64,000 bases of DNA from Dehalococcoidia bacterium (GTDB lineage Bacteria; Chloroflexota; Dehalococcoidia; Lucifugimonadales; UBA2985). This document shows positions 1-9,442 of the stretch, in pieces. The notes below the pieces were generated by a model. It was not told the origin of the DNA, made no database searches, and saw nothing but the letters and a program-made list of their open reading frames with translations. The DNA lies in the NCBI GenBank assembly GCA_034422115.1, contig DAOUJW010000015.1, forward strand, positions 27,771 to 91,770. Reading direction: 5' to 3'. The first letter of the stretch is position 1. Each line of letters begins with the position of its first letter. Both the position numbers and the translations under genes were made by a program.

Positions 1-1026
1 ACGTCGTATGCCATGAGGCAGCCGCCGACCAGCGCCACCAGCGCCAGGGAGGCGTTGAACACCGTGGAGAAGGCGAACAGCACCAGGGTCAGGCCGGCGC
101 CAAAGGCCGTGCTCACGAGCAGCGCGCCCTTGTGCCTGAAATCGCCAAGGCTGGACACCATAATCGTGCTGAGGGTGGAGCCAACCCCGCTGGCGGCGGA
201 GAGATACCCCAGCCCGGCTGCGCCCACGTGGAGCACGTCCCGGGCTATGACCGGCATCATCACAAAGTGGGAGAAGCCAAAGGCTTCAATGATGAGGCTG
301 AGCAGCAGCAGTCTGCGTATGTCCCCGGTCCTCCAGGCGTATCTGATACCCTGGGAAACGGACTGCCAGAAGGGCTCCCGCTCCGTTGCGGCCTGGAAGC
401 TCCCCTTGATGAACCAGAGCAGCCCCATGCCGACCACCGAGCAGCCCCCGGCGAAGAGGTAGCTGCTGCCGACGTCGTACCGGGAGATGAGCGCCCCGGC
501 TATGAGCGACCCGATAATCCGGGTGAAGTTCATGCCCGCCAGCCGGGTTGCCATCGCGTTCAGCAGGCGGTCGGGGCCCACAAGCTGGTACGCCAGGGAG
601 TTGGAGGCGGGCAGCTGTGTGGCCATGAGCAGGCCCTGGGCAAAGGAGGCCAGTATGATGTGCCACAGCTGTATGCTGCCGGTGACGAACAGGACGCCCA
701 CCGCAATGGCTGCCGCGCCGCTGCCGAAGTGCACCAGGGCCAGCACCTTGCGGTTGTCGAACCGGTCCACGATTGTCCCGCCAAAGGCCCCGAAACCCAC
801 CAGGCCGATCCCCTGCACGCCGGCGACAAGGCCGACCCAGAAGGGGGAGTCGGTGAGCTCCAGCACCAGCCAACCCTGGCTGAGCATTCGAATGCCCATA
901 GACATGGACGAGAAGAATATGCTGCACCAGAGCCACCGGAACTGGACTACCTCAAAGGAGAGCAGCAGGCGCGATAGCCCGGCGCGCCGGGGAGCCTGTT
1001 CAGAGAGGGGAGCGCCTTCTTGCACT
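1..1026 (-). CDS. MFS transporter (EntS/MFS_3-like); C-terminus runs off the window
   Basis: Absent from the ORF track because it is truncated. My minus-strand translation from GTG 1026 gives ...FRWLWCSIFFSSMSMGIRMLSQGWLVLELTDSPFWVGLVAGVQGIGLVGFGAFGGTIVDRFDNRKVL..., multi-TM, clearly paralogous to the MFS at 10949-12205. Confidence 0.8.
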
Positions 1027-1086
1027 GCGTCCGTTTCCTATGGCCTCGCTATGGCCACGTAGGAGGATGAAGATGGAGGTGTTTTT

Positions 1087-1181
1087 CCCGCTCATCCTGA
1101 GCTTGTCGAAGGAAATGAGCGGGGGAAAGCTCGTTTGCAGTCTTCCCGCTCATATGGTTCGACAGGCTCACCATGAGCGGG
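1087..1181. repeat. Family A palindromic repeat: two 37-nt units (CCCGCTCAT-N19-ATGAGCGGG) in inverted orientation
   Basis: Units at 1087-1123 and 1145-1181. Each has 9-bp terminal inverted repeats, and the loops (GAGCTTGTCGAA / TTCGACAGGCTC) are mutually complementary. Related copies lie at 6 other loci. Confidence 0.9.
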
Positions 1182-1281
1182 AAACGGGCATCCCGTATTG
1201 AGCCAGCTACTTTCATAGCAACGACGATAGGGGGACTCAAGAATGGACTGGCCGGAGGCGTTCGGCGGCGATAGCCTCCGG

Positions 1282-1983
1282 CTACCTGTTGAGGTAGTCA
1301 GACACCGTCTGCCTTCTGGCCTCTTCGGTGTCGTGGGAGTGGTACTCGTCGATCAGCTCAGAGATGTCTTCCTCGGGGACCAGGACCTCTCCCTCAAACA
1401 TGATGGGGAAGTTGTGTATGGCGGACACCAGAGCGCCAAAGACCGGAATGCCCTTGGTCCGTTTCATCTGCTCCAGGCTCTCTCCCACCCGCTCTATGCG
1501 CTGGTTATCGCTCCAGTTGCCAATGTAGTCGGAGAGGTAGCCCCTCTTGGTGGGTTCGTCCTCGCGGGTGTTGATGGCGTCCAGGACCTCGGTCACGCCC
1601 GGCAGGCCGTGTTCTCCCACATCCTGCACAAGGATGGTTCCCTGGCAGGCCAGGTCGGTCTCGCCCTCCGCGGACTCCTCTATGTCCTCCAGAATGCAGT
1701 CGATGCGGCTCTGAAGGGTAAAGTAGTCGCCCACCACCTCTCGCTTGTCGGCTTCCAGCGGGGCGGAGCGGACGTCGGCCATCAGGTCAGCAACGTCTGC
1801 GGGGTAAACGACGACCTCGCCGTCGAAGGACAGGGGGCCGGAGGGCGCGGAGTCCTTCCCAAGCTCTGCGAGAACGTAGTCGGTCTCCTCCGCGTACTCT
1901 TCCGTGACGCAGCCTCCTGCCAACGCCAGGGCGACGACCAGGAGGCCAACCAGCGACCAGCGACGTACGGACCTGTTCAGCAA
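1282..1983 (-). CDS. Hypothetical lipoprotein
   Basis: 233-aa ORF with signal peptide plus lipobox (LVVALALAGGC) and an acidic mature part; no family recognised. Confidence 0.65.
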   Translation of the reverse strand: MLNRSVRRWSLVGLLVVALALAGGCVTEEYAEETDYVLAELGKDSAPSGPLSFDGEVVVYPADVADLMADVRSAPLEADKREVVGDYFTLQSRIDCILEDIEESAEGETDLACQGTILVQDVGEHGLPGVTEVLDAINTREDEPTKRGYLSDYIGNWSDNQRIERVGESLEQMKRTKGIPVFGALVSAIHNFPIMFEGEVLVPEEDISELIDEYHSHDTEEARRQTVSDYLNR

Positions 1984-2111
1984 TTCACTCTCTCTGTTTT
2001 AAGCATTATGGGTCTCGCAGTCAACTGATCCGTTTTGGGGAACAAATTGCGGCTACGTGCGCAGCCTGCAACGGAAGGGAGTATAGCACAGGAACGCCCA
2101 GATGCGTCAAT

Positions 2112-2144
2112 CCTTGCGCACCTGGAACCGAGCAATGCGCAAGG
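2112..2144 (-). terminator. Hairpin just downstream of the small TAT ORF (no clear U-tract)
   Basis: 9-bp stem CCTTGCGCA / TGCGCAAGG with a 15-nt loop, 9 nt past the stop at 2153. Confidence 0.25.
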
Positions 2145-2152
2145 GGCCTGGG

Positions 2153-2383
2153 CTATCGCAGCCGGAAGCGGCTGAGCCGGCTGCCCCAGTATCTCAGCTT
2201 GGAGCCGGGGCGAGGCGTGAACATGGAGTCTCCTCCGGGCGCGTCCCCTGAGCCTCTGCGGAAGGTTGAGAGGTTCCTGGTCATGACCGCCAGCGCGGCA
2301 GCCCCCGCCATTGCAATTGATGCCTTGGTCAAGAAATCCCGTCGGCTCAGAGATGTTGACGCCTTCTCCGCCCTGTCGGTCAT
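2153..2383 (-). CDS. Small twin-arginine-signal protein (76 aa), function unknown
   Basis: SRRDFLTKASIAMAGAAALA is a TAT-type signal. AGGAGGG sits 5 nt upstream of the ATG. Basic 40-aa tail. Confidence 0.55.
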   Translation of the reverse strand: MTDRAEKASTSLSRRDFLTKASIAMAGAAALAVMTRNLSTFRRGSGDAPGGDSMFTPRPGSKLRYWGSRLSRFRLR

Positions 2384-2437
2384 GGTTCCCTCCTGAGAGT
2401 GAGTGTGAATTGTGTTACGAATCTCTTAAAAATCCTA

Positions 2438-2466
2438 TTGACTAACCCCAAAGCTGATTGTACACT
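2438..2466 (+). promoter_or_regulatory. Sigma70-like promoter for the act cluster
   Basis: TTGACT (2438-2443), 17-nt spacer, TACACT (2461-2466); about 100-nt leader before the ORF at 2570. Confidence 0.45.
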
Positions 2467-2569
2467 ACGTGAAGTTTATTTCAAAGTCCCTTGCAGGACT
2501 TGCGCAGGAAATATGAAGAAGGGGATGAATCGGCTGGTAGAGGTGGGTCTAATTGAGTAGAGAGTAACA

Positions 2570-2860
2570 ATGGATCCAGGATACATAAACAACAGCGACT
2601 GGGGCGCTATCGGCGGCTTTCTCACCTTTCTTTGGGTTCTATTCTTCTCCGCAGTGGGATTCGGTTTCAACTTCCTGATGGCCCACGCCATCATTCCCTC
2701 CCTCATAGGTTCAGGACACCTCCCGGCCAGGCTTGACAAGTCGCGCCCCGTGTTCTACGGAGGCGCCGTCCTGGCACTGGGTCTGGTGGTATTTGCCCTG
2801 ACCAGGCTTGTAGCAAGAGCCGGCCTCATTGAGAATTTCTGGCCCAGATTCTGGATATAA
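2570..2860 (+). CDS. Small integral membrane protein, first ORF of the act cluster
   Basis: 96 aa with 2-3 hydrophobic helices (FLTFLWVLFFSAVGFGFNFLMAHAII; VFYGGAVLALGLVVFAL). Abuts or overlaps actA. Confidence 0.55.
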   Translation: MDPGYINNSDWGAIGGFLTFLWVLFFSAVGFGFNFLMAHAIIPSLIGSGHLPARLDKSRPVFYGGAVLALGLVVFALTRLVARAGLIENFWPRFWI

Positions 2861-3551
2861 GGTCTGGAAGGAGAATCAAGACCCGGTGCTGATAAAGCGA
2901 ATAGCGTTGCTGCTGGTGGTGTCGGTGGGCGCAAGCGCTACCGGCCTTGTCCTTTTGCTGGCAGGAGCTTTCGTGGTAAGGGCTTGGTGGACAACCCCCT
3001 TTGAAGTGCTGGGTTTCGGAGCGGCGCCTGAGCAGCCGATAGCTTTTCCCCATACCATCCACGCAGGCATCGACGTGTGGACGTACCCGGACGGCAGCCC
3101 CAAGCTGGACGCCGACGGCAACGAGATGACCGGCCTTGGCCTAGACTGCACCTTCTGCCACAGGAACGTGGACATAGGCGCAACGGCCGGCGTCCCGCCG
3201 GTGGAGCAGTGCCTCTTCTGCCACGCCTCCGTACAGGGTGATGAGCTGGAGGAGGTGGCCAAGCTGGTCGATGCCTGGCAGAACAAGGAGCCGGTCGCCT
3301 GGGAGAGGGTGCATCGCGTGCCCGACCACGTGCGCTTTGTGCACGAGGCCCACATTCGCTACTTCCTCGCGCAGGGCGAGACGCCTTCGGGCGAACCCGC
3401 GCTCGTGGCCGCGGACGTCTGCTCAACGTGCCACGGGGACGTGGCAGCTATGGCGGAGGTCAACCAGGTGCGCAGCCTGAAGATGGGAGACTGCGTGGAC
3501 TGCCACAGGGACTACAATGCGCCTACGGACTGTACAACCTGTCACTACTAG
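2829..3551 (+). CDS. actA: Alternative complex III pentahaem cytochrome c subunit ActA
   Basis: Five CxxCH motifs (CTFCH, CLFCH, CSTCH, CVDCH, CTTCH) after one N-terminal TM helix. Start is uncertain: TTG 2829 overlaps the upstream ORF, and GTG 2886 lies 12 nt after GGAAGGAG. Confidence 0.85.
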   Translation: MRISGPDSGYKVWKENQDPVLIKRIALLLVVSVGASATGLVLLLAGAFVVRAWWTTPFEVLGFGAAPEQPIAFPHTIHAGIDVWTYPDGSPKLDADGNEMTGLGLDCTFCHRNVDIGATAGVPPVEQCLFCHASVQGDELEEVAKLVDAWQNKEPVAWERVHRVPDHVRFVHEAHIRYFLAQGETPSGEPALVAADVCSTCHGDVAAMAEVNQVRSLKMGDCVDCHRDYNAPTDCTTCHY

Positions 3552-3566
3552 GATGAGCGCTAAGTC

Positions 3567-5840
3567 ATGGGTATAACCAGAAGACAATTCTTGAGATGGA
3601 CGGGCGTAACGGCTCTTGGAGCCGTGGTGTTCAACGGCTGCCGCATACCTGAAGAGGAGCTGCAGATTGAAAGCCCCGTAAATCTACCGGAAGACCTTGT
3701 AACGGGCATAGACAACTGGTACGCCACCAGCTGCCAGCAGGATCCCGGGTGCGGCGTCATAGTCAGGGTAGTGGAGGGGAGAGCCAAGAAGGTGGAGGGC
3801 AACCCGGACTTCCCGATCAACCGTGGCAAGCACAGCGCCCGGAGCGAGGCCGGCCTGCAGACTCTCTACCACCCGGACAGGCTGCAGACCCCAATGTTCA
3901 GGGCCAGCCGCAACGACGATTTCCTGCCCATCTCCTGGGACCGCGCCCGCGAGATTCTGAACGCGGGCATGAACAGCCTCTCGGACAGGAGCAGGTTCCT
4001 TCTTGTCACGGAGCCTCTGCGAGGCCACCTGGCCCTGCTGACCAGCGAGTTCGTGCAGGCGCTCGGCGGAAGACACATGGCCTTCCAGTCGCTTGAGCAG
4101 ATCAACCTCCACAGGGCTGTCAAGGAGGTCTTCGGGCAGGACAGGCTGCCGGACTTTGACATTGAGAACACCAAGTACCTCTTCTCCTTTGGCGCGGATT
4201 TCCTCTCCACCTGGCTTTCGCCCGTGCGGTACTCCAGGGGCTACGGGGAGTTCCGGCAGGGCGACAGGAAGAGGGGCGTTCACTACCAGATCGACTCACG
4301 CTTCTCCATGACCGCCGCCAACGCCGACAAGTGGGTCCCCGTCAAGCCGGGCGGCGAGGGCGTCCTGGCGATGAGCATGGCCTACGTCATCATCAGGGAC
4401 GGCATGGGCAACGGCGACGCCGCCTCAGCCTTGACCGACGGACGGGGCCACGAGGCGCTCAACGCCTTCGCTCCGGACAGCGCGATGGTGAGGGACGCCA
4501 CCGGCCTGGATAGCGGCAAGATTGAGGACCTGGCCCACTCCTTCGCAGACGAGGGCCACCAGCCCAGCCTGGCCATAGGCGGAGGCACGGCCGGCGCTCA
4601 CAGGAGCGGGCTGTTCAACCTGAAGGCAATCTACGCTCTGAACCTTCTTGTGGACAACGTCGGCAAGAAGGGCGGCGTGATGTTCAACCCGGCCCCGCCG
4701 TTGGAGGAGCTGTCCAGGGAAGACGTGGCCGGCATGGGGATGCCGGCCTCCTACTACCAGTGGCAGGAGCTGGCGGGTTCCGGCTCCGTGGACGTGCTTA
4801 TGGTGCGCGGAGCCAATCCGGTTTACGGGCTGCCACCGGGCGCAGACTTCGCCAGAGTGGCAAACGAAGCAAACTTTGTGGTGGTCTTCTCCAGCTTCAT
4901 GGACGAGACCGCCGACATGGCCAACCTTGTCCTCCCTGAGTACACCTACCTGGAGGACTGGGGCGACAACGTTCCAAGCCCCGGCCCCCACTACCAGACC
5001 CTGGGCATACAGCAGCCGGTGGTCAGGCCCTTCCTGGAGGGCACAAGCGGCTTCGGAGACGAGCTGCTGGTTCTGGGCAGGGAGCTTGACCTTGGGCTGG
5101 AGGGCAGGCTTGAGCTGCCGCCCGACGCCAGGATGCAGGACGTGGTCAAGGCCGGGGTGGAGAAGCTCTGGTCCGAGAACCGCGGTTCCGTCACGGCCGC
5201 CAGCTTTGAGGGCTTCTGGAACGGCGTGCTCCAGCGAGGCGGCTGGTGGGATACCCAGGCCACGGGCGATTCCGGCGTATCAGAGATAAAGCCCCTTGAC
5301 ACCGCGTGGGACGGCTCGGGACTCGGCGATCCGGGCTCGGGCATGTTCAGCCTTGTCCCGTTCCTCTCCAACTCCATCGGAGACGGGCAGTTGGCCCATC
5401 TGCCGTGGCTCCAGGCAACGCCGGACCCCATCACAACGGTGGTCTGGCACAACTGGGTCGAGATAAACTCCAGAGTCGCAGAGGAGATGGGCATCTCTGA
5501 GGGCGATATTCTGGAGGTGAGTTCCGGCGCCGGAAGGGTGGAGGCTCCCGCTTTCCCGCACCCAGGCGTGCCGCCGACCACGGTGTCGATTCCGATAGGG
5601 CAGGGGCACACGGCAATGGGACGGTACGCGGAAGAGATTGGCGACTACAACTACAACACGCTGTCCCTGCTGGAGTCGAACATCGACAAAGACACGGGGG
5701 CGCTGGCGTGGGCCGCTACAAAGGTACGGGTCAGAAAGGCCAGCCACGGCCACAGCATAGACATACCCAAGTTTGCCGGCAACCAGTTTGCGGAGGAGCC
5801 GCACAAGGGAACTATCATCAAAGTCACGGGCCCCAGCTAG
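3567..5840 (+). CDS. actB: ActB1: TAT-exported molybdopterin-oxidoreductase-like subunit (separate polypeptide)
   Basis: MGITRRQFLRW TAT signal; 757-aa MopB-like fold. The N-terminal FeS Cys motif is degenerate (SCQQDPGCGV...NRGKHSARSEAG). Confidence 0.8.
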   Translation: MGITRRQFLRWTGVTALGAVVFNGCRIPEEELQIESPVNLPEDLVTGIDNWYATSCQQDPGCGVIVRVVEGRAKKVEGNPDFPINRGKHSARSEAGLQTLYHPDRLQTPMFRASRNDDFLPISWDRAREILNAGMNSLSDRSRFLLVTEPLRGHLALLTSEFVQALGGRHMAFQSLEQINLHRAVKEVFGQDRLPDFDIENTKYLFSFGADFLSTWLSPVRYSRGYGEFRQGDRKRGVHYQIDSRFSMTAANADKWVPVKPGGEGVLAMSMAYVIIRDGMGNGDAASALTDGRGHEALNAFAPDSAMVRDATGLDSGKIEDLAHSFADEGHQPSLAIGGGTAGAHRSGLFNLKAIYALNLLVDNVGKKGGVMFNPAPPLEELSREDVAGMGMPASYYQWQELAGSGSVDVLMVRGANPVYGLPPGADFARVANEANFVVVFSSFMDETADMANLVLPEYTYLEDWGDNVPSPGPHYQTLGIQQPVVRPFLEGTSGFGDELLVLGRELDLGLEGRLELPPDARMQDVVKAGVEKLWSENRGSVTAASFEGFWNGVLQRGGWWDTQATGDSGVSEIKPLDTAWDGSGLGDPGSGMFSLVPFLSNSIGDGQLAHLPWLQATPDPITTVVWHNWVEINSRVAEEMGISEGDILEVSSGAGRVEAPAFPHPGVPPTTVSIPIGQGHTAMGRYAEEIGDYNYNTLSLLESNIDKDTGALAWAATKVRVRKASHGHSIDIPKFAGNQFAEEPHKGTIIKVTGPS

Positions 5841-5862
5841 GCAGGAGGGCTTTAGGAGAAGC

Positions 5863-6630
5863 ATGGTCCAGAATCGCATAGATCACAAATGGGGCATGGT
5901 GGTGGACATAGACCGGTGCACGGGGTGCCAGGCGTGCGTTGTTGCGTGCCAGGCCGAGAACAACATTCCCCTGAACACCGAGGACCTGTTCCGCCAGCGC
6001 AGAGCCATCCAGTGGATCCACATAGAGCGGTACTGGGAGGGCGAATATCCAGATGTCAAGGCCCGGTTCATCCCGATTCTGTGCCAGCACTGCGAGAACG
6101 CCCCCTGCGAGCCGGTTTGCCCCGTGTACGCCACCTACCACAACAACCAGGGACTGAACGTACAGGTGTACAACCGCTGCGTGGGCACTCGATACTGCGC
6201 CAACAACTGCCCCTACCAGGTGCGCTTCTTCAACTTCTGGGAGCCCGTCTGGCCGGAGTCCCTGAGAAACCAGCTCAACCCCGATGTCACCATTCGCAGC
6301 CGGGGCATCATGGAGAAGTGCAGCTTCAACGTGCAGCGCCTTCGGAGGGCTGAGCGCATCATCGAAAGGCAGGAGGGAGGCAGGATAACGGACGAGGACC
6401 TGTCGATGGGCAACTATCTTCCGGCCTGCGTCCAGGCTTGCCCCACCAACACGCTGGTGTTCGGGGACTTCAACGACCCCGACAGCAAGGTCTCCAGGAT
6501 GAAGGAGGAGCACCTGCACGAAGGCGGCAGGGGCTACAAGCTCCTGGACTTCCTTGGCACGGAGCCAAACGTGATCTACCTGAGCAAGGTGGACCCATAC
6601 GCTACAGACACGGGTGACGGACATGCATGA
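5863..6630 (+). CDS. actB: ActB2: 4Fe-4S ferredoxin-type iron-sulfur subunit
   Basis: CTGCQACVVAC, CQHCENAPCEPVCP, CVGTRYCANNCPY and CVQACP clusters. I chose ATG 5863 because track start 5773 overlaps B1. Confidence 0.85.
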   Translation: MVQNRIDHKWGMVVDIDRCTGCQACVVACQAENNIPLNTEDLFRQRRAIQWIHIERYWEGEYPDVKARFIPILCQHCENAPCEPVCPVYATYHNNQGLNVQVYNRCVGTRYCANNCPYQVRFFNFWEPVWPESLRNQLNPDVTIRSRGIMEKCSFNVQRLRRAERIIERQEGGRITDEDLSMGNYLPACVQACPTNTLVFGDFNDPDSKVSRMKEEHLHEGGRGYKLLDFLGTEPNVIYLSKVDPYATDTGDGHA

Positions 6631-7993
6631 GCTTCACCGTATGCCGACTCCGGCTCTCCTGAGTATGACGTCTCAGGGGATAACGGACGACGTCCTGACC
6701 AGGCATTCGTCGGGCGGCGGTAAATTCCGCCTGGTAATGGCCGGAGCGGCGGTGCTCTTCTTGCTGGGCATAGTCGGCTTCTTCATGCTCCTGGGCGAGG
6801 GCTTTGAGGACCGCTCCGCATGGGGCTACTACGCGGCCATCTTCGCCTACATCTTCTCGGTGTCCCAGTCTGCGGTGCTGGTGTCGGTGGCGCTGCGAAT
6901 GGCCAAGGCCCACTGGCGGAGGCCGCTGTCCAGGGTATCGGAGATGTTCTCGGCAGTGGGCATTCTGGCGTTCCTCATGATGCTTCCACTGCTCTGGGTG
7001 CTGCCCTCCATCGAAGGGCGGAGGAGCCTGTGGTTCGATGCGCCGGGCTACAGCCCCCACGTTTGGGACACCATTGCGATGGGCCTGCTGGTGGTCAACG
7101 GCCTAGCGCTGCTGTACTTCGCCGCCGTGCCTGACCTGGCAACCCTCCGGGACAACGGAGGCAGGCGCCAGGGCCTCTACAGGATGCTCTCCCTCAGCTG
7201 GTCAGGCTCCCGCAAGCAGTGGAAGATGCTGCACGCGGGCATCGGCACGCTGGGCGGCTTCTACTTCATGTTCCTCATCTTTGTGCACATGATGATAAGC
7301 ACCGACTTCTCCATGAGCCTGATTCCGGGCTGGAAGGACGCCATCTACCCGGCCTACCACGGCCTGAGCGGGCTGCAGTCTGGGGTTGCGGTGGTGCTGG
7401 TGACCATGTTCATCCTGCGGAGGTGGGGCGGGCTTAGAGACTTCATTGAAGTGGACCAGTTCTGGGGCCTGAGCAAGCTGCTTCTGGCGCTGTCCCTGCT
7501 GTGGTTCTACTTCTGGTGGGCCAGCTTCTTCACCTACTGGTACGGACGCACGCCGGCGGAGCAGAGTGTGCTGGAATACATCATGTTCGAAAGCTACAGG
7601 CCGGCCTTCTTCACGGCGTTCCTCCTGTGCTTCCCTGTACCGTTCCTGATACTCATGTGGAACGTAGTCCGGAAGACCGACTGGGGCCCGTCCCTGGCCG
7701 GAAGCATCGTCCTCGTGGGGACGTTCTTCAACATGATTCGCCTGTACGTCCCCGGCTACTCCGTGGAAGACCTTACGGAGCACGCCCTGGAGCACGTGCC
7801 TGCGGCGAACCTGCCGGGACTGACCGACGTGCTGGTCGTGGCCGGAGCTCTGGGAGGCGCGGTGCTGTTCTACATGCTGGCCACCAGGATAATCCCCATA
7901 ACAAACATCTGGGAGATGAAGGAGGGTCTGCTCCTCCAAAGGGTACGTACGCTACTGAAGACGGAGGTCAGGGTGCTGGCCAAGCCCGAGTAG
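6614..7993 (+). CDS. NrfD/PsrC-like polytopic quinol-interacting subunit (ActC/ActF type)
   Basis: 459 aa, about 10 TM, paralogous to the next ORF. The start may be one of the ATGs at 6623, 6641 or 6665. Confidence 0.8.
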   Translation: MTDMHELHRMPTPALLSMTSQGITDDVLTRHSSGGGKFRLVMAGAAVLFLLGIVGFFMLLGEGFEDRSAWGYYAAIFAYIFSVSQSAVLVSVALRMAKAHWRRPLSRVSEMFSAVGILAFLMMLPLLWVLPSIEGRRSLWFDAPGYSPHVWDTIAMGLLVVNGLALLYFAAVPDLATLRDNGGRRQGLYRMLSLSWSGSRKQWKMLHAGIGTLGGFYFMFLIFVHMMISTDFSMSLIPGWKDAIYPAYHGLSGLQSGVAVVLVTMFILRRWGGLRDFIEVDQFWGLSKLLLALSLLWFYFWWASFFTYWYGRTPAEQSVLEYIMFESYRPAFFTAFLLCFPVPFLILMWNVVRKTDWGPSLAGSIVLVGTFFNMIRLYVPGYSVEDLTEHALEHVPAANLPGLTDVLVVAGALGGAVLFYMLATRIIPITNIWEMKEGLLLQRVRTLLKTEVRVLAKPE

Positions 7994-8047
7994 GGCATAG
8001 GCTAGTCCTGAACCCATATGGCCCGAGAGAGACTAGGAGTTTAGAGG

Positions 8048-9424
8048 ATGCAGGAAAGATTCAGGCTCACAGACGCCGAAATTAACCGAGACCTTCTCCG
8101 CTCCACTATGGAGAATCCTCTGTGGTACTGGCTGCTCGTGGGCGCCTTGGGCACGATAGTGGTGGTCGCCTTTGGCGCGGCAGGCTTCATGTTCAACAAG
8201 GGACTGGGCGTCACCGGCCTCAACCGGCCGGTCATGTGGGGCTTCTTCATCACCAACTTCGTGTTCTGGATCGGCATCAGCCACGCGGGCGTGATGCTTT
8301 CGGCCATCCTCAGACTGGCTCAGGCCGAATGGCGGCGTCCCGCCACCAGGGCCGCAGAGGTGCTCACGGTCTTCTCCCTGATGACGGCCATGCTCATGCC
8401 GCTCATCCACGCCGGAAGGCCCTGGAGAGTGGCCTACTGGGTGTTCCCCTTCGACTGGGCCAGGGGAGTGTACCCCAACGTCCGCTCCGCGCTGGTGTGG
8501 GACCCCGCTGCGGTGTTCACCTACCTGACCAGCAGCATCCTGTTCGTCTACATTGCCCTGGTGCCGGACATAGCCGTGGCCCGGGACAGGACCACCGGCT
8601 GGCGGCACGTCCTGTACACCATTCTGGCCCTGGGCTGGAGGGGCAGCGTACGGCAATGGAAGCTCCAACTCATCGCCGGCATACTCCTATCCGCCATCAT
8701 CCTGCCCATCTTCGTCTCTGTGCACAGCATTGTGTCATGGGACTTCGGTATGGCCGTATCCGTGGAGGGATGGCATAGCACCGTCTTCGCTCCCTACTTC
8801 GTTATCGGCGCAGTCCACTCCGGAGTGTCCGGCGTGGTGACGGTGATGATTGTGCTGCGGTACTTCTTCCAGTGGCAGGACTACATCCGCCACGAACACC
8901 TGGACGCCCTGGCCAAGCTGCTGATTGTGGTAGCAACCGCCTGGTTCTTCTTCTTCCTGTTGGAGTTCTTCTTTGGGCTGTACAGCCTGGAGGCTCCGGA
9001 GATAGCCTTGAGGGAGATGCAGGTCTTCCAGGCGCCTTGGTCGATATACTTTGTCACGTTCCTGATTGCGTCCTATTTCATACCTGTGCCCTTATGGCTG
9101 TTCAAGAAAGTTAGACGCAGCGTGGGGTGGATGCTGTTCACCACCATACTGGTCAACGTCGGCATGTGGCTGGAGCGATTCATCATCATCGTGCCCGGCT
9201 TGGCGAGGAAGCAGAACTTCAGCTTCACCTGGGGAGGCTACACGCCCAGCGCTGTAGAGGTGATCATCATCGGAGCCACCTTTGCGCTGGTCTGTATGCT
9301 GGTGCTGCTCTTCGCCAAGATATTCCCTCTCATCCCCATTGGGGACACCAAGGAGGGCGTAGTCCTGGAGGACTCCATACAAGTAGGAAAGGTAAAAGTT
9401 CCCGCCATAATGCGGGAGGATTAA
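8048..9424 (+). CDS. NrfD/PsrC-like polytopic subunit (ActC/ActF type; probably ActC by adjacency to actD)
   Basis: 458 aa with GLNRPVMWGFFITNFVFWIGISHAG, typical of the NrfD family. Confidence 0.8.
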   Translation: MQERFRLTDAEINRDLLRSTMENPLWYWLLVGALGTIVVVAFGAAGFMFNKGLGVTGLNRPVMWGFFITNFVFWIGISHAGVMLSAILRLAQAEWRRPATRAAEVLTVFSLMTAMLMPLIHAGRPWRVAYWVFPFDWARGVYPNVRSALVWDPAAVFTYLTSSILFVYIALVPDIAVARDRTTGWRHVLYTILALGWRGSVRQWKLQLIAGILLSAIILPIFVSVHSIVSWDFGMAVSVEGWHSTVFAPYFVIGAVHSGVSGVVTVMIVLRYFFQWQDYIRHEHLDALAKLLIVVATAWFFFFLLEFFFGLYSLEAPEIALREMQVFQAPWSIYFVTFLIASYFIPVPLWLFKKVRRSVGWMLFTTILVNVGMWLERFIIIVPGLARKQNFSFTWGGYTPSAVEVIIIGATFALVCMLVLLFAKIFPLIPIGDTKEGVVLEDSIQVGKVKVPAIMRED

Positions 9425-9442
9425 ACCCACGGGAGGTCACTT

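Noticed and set aside
132-1062. Track ORFs 132-977(+), 286-936(-), 487-1062(+)
   Set aside because: All overlap the truncated minus-strand MFS gene that I translated by hand. Their products are Arg/Pro/Gly-rich nonsense.
1151-1170. GGTTCGAC in family A units resembling a tRNA T-arm (GGTTCGA)
   Set aside because: No acceptor, D or anticodon arms can be drawn. The motif is the loop of a repeat present at seven loci.
1049-1240. 63-aa ORF (similarly 21234-21602, 53065-53484, 53364-53606, 61671-61874, 17284-17559)
   Set aside because: These are translations of family A/B/C repeats (peptides SLSNHMSG, LRQAQDER, RQAHHER, FRMT, PAKAGIQ), not genes.
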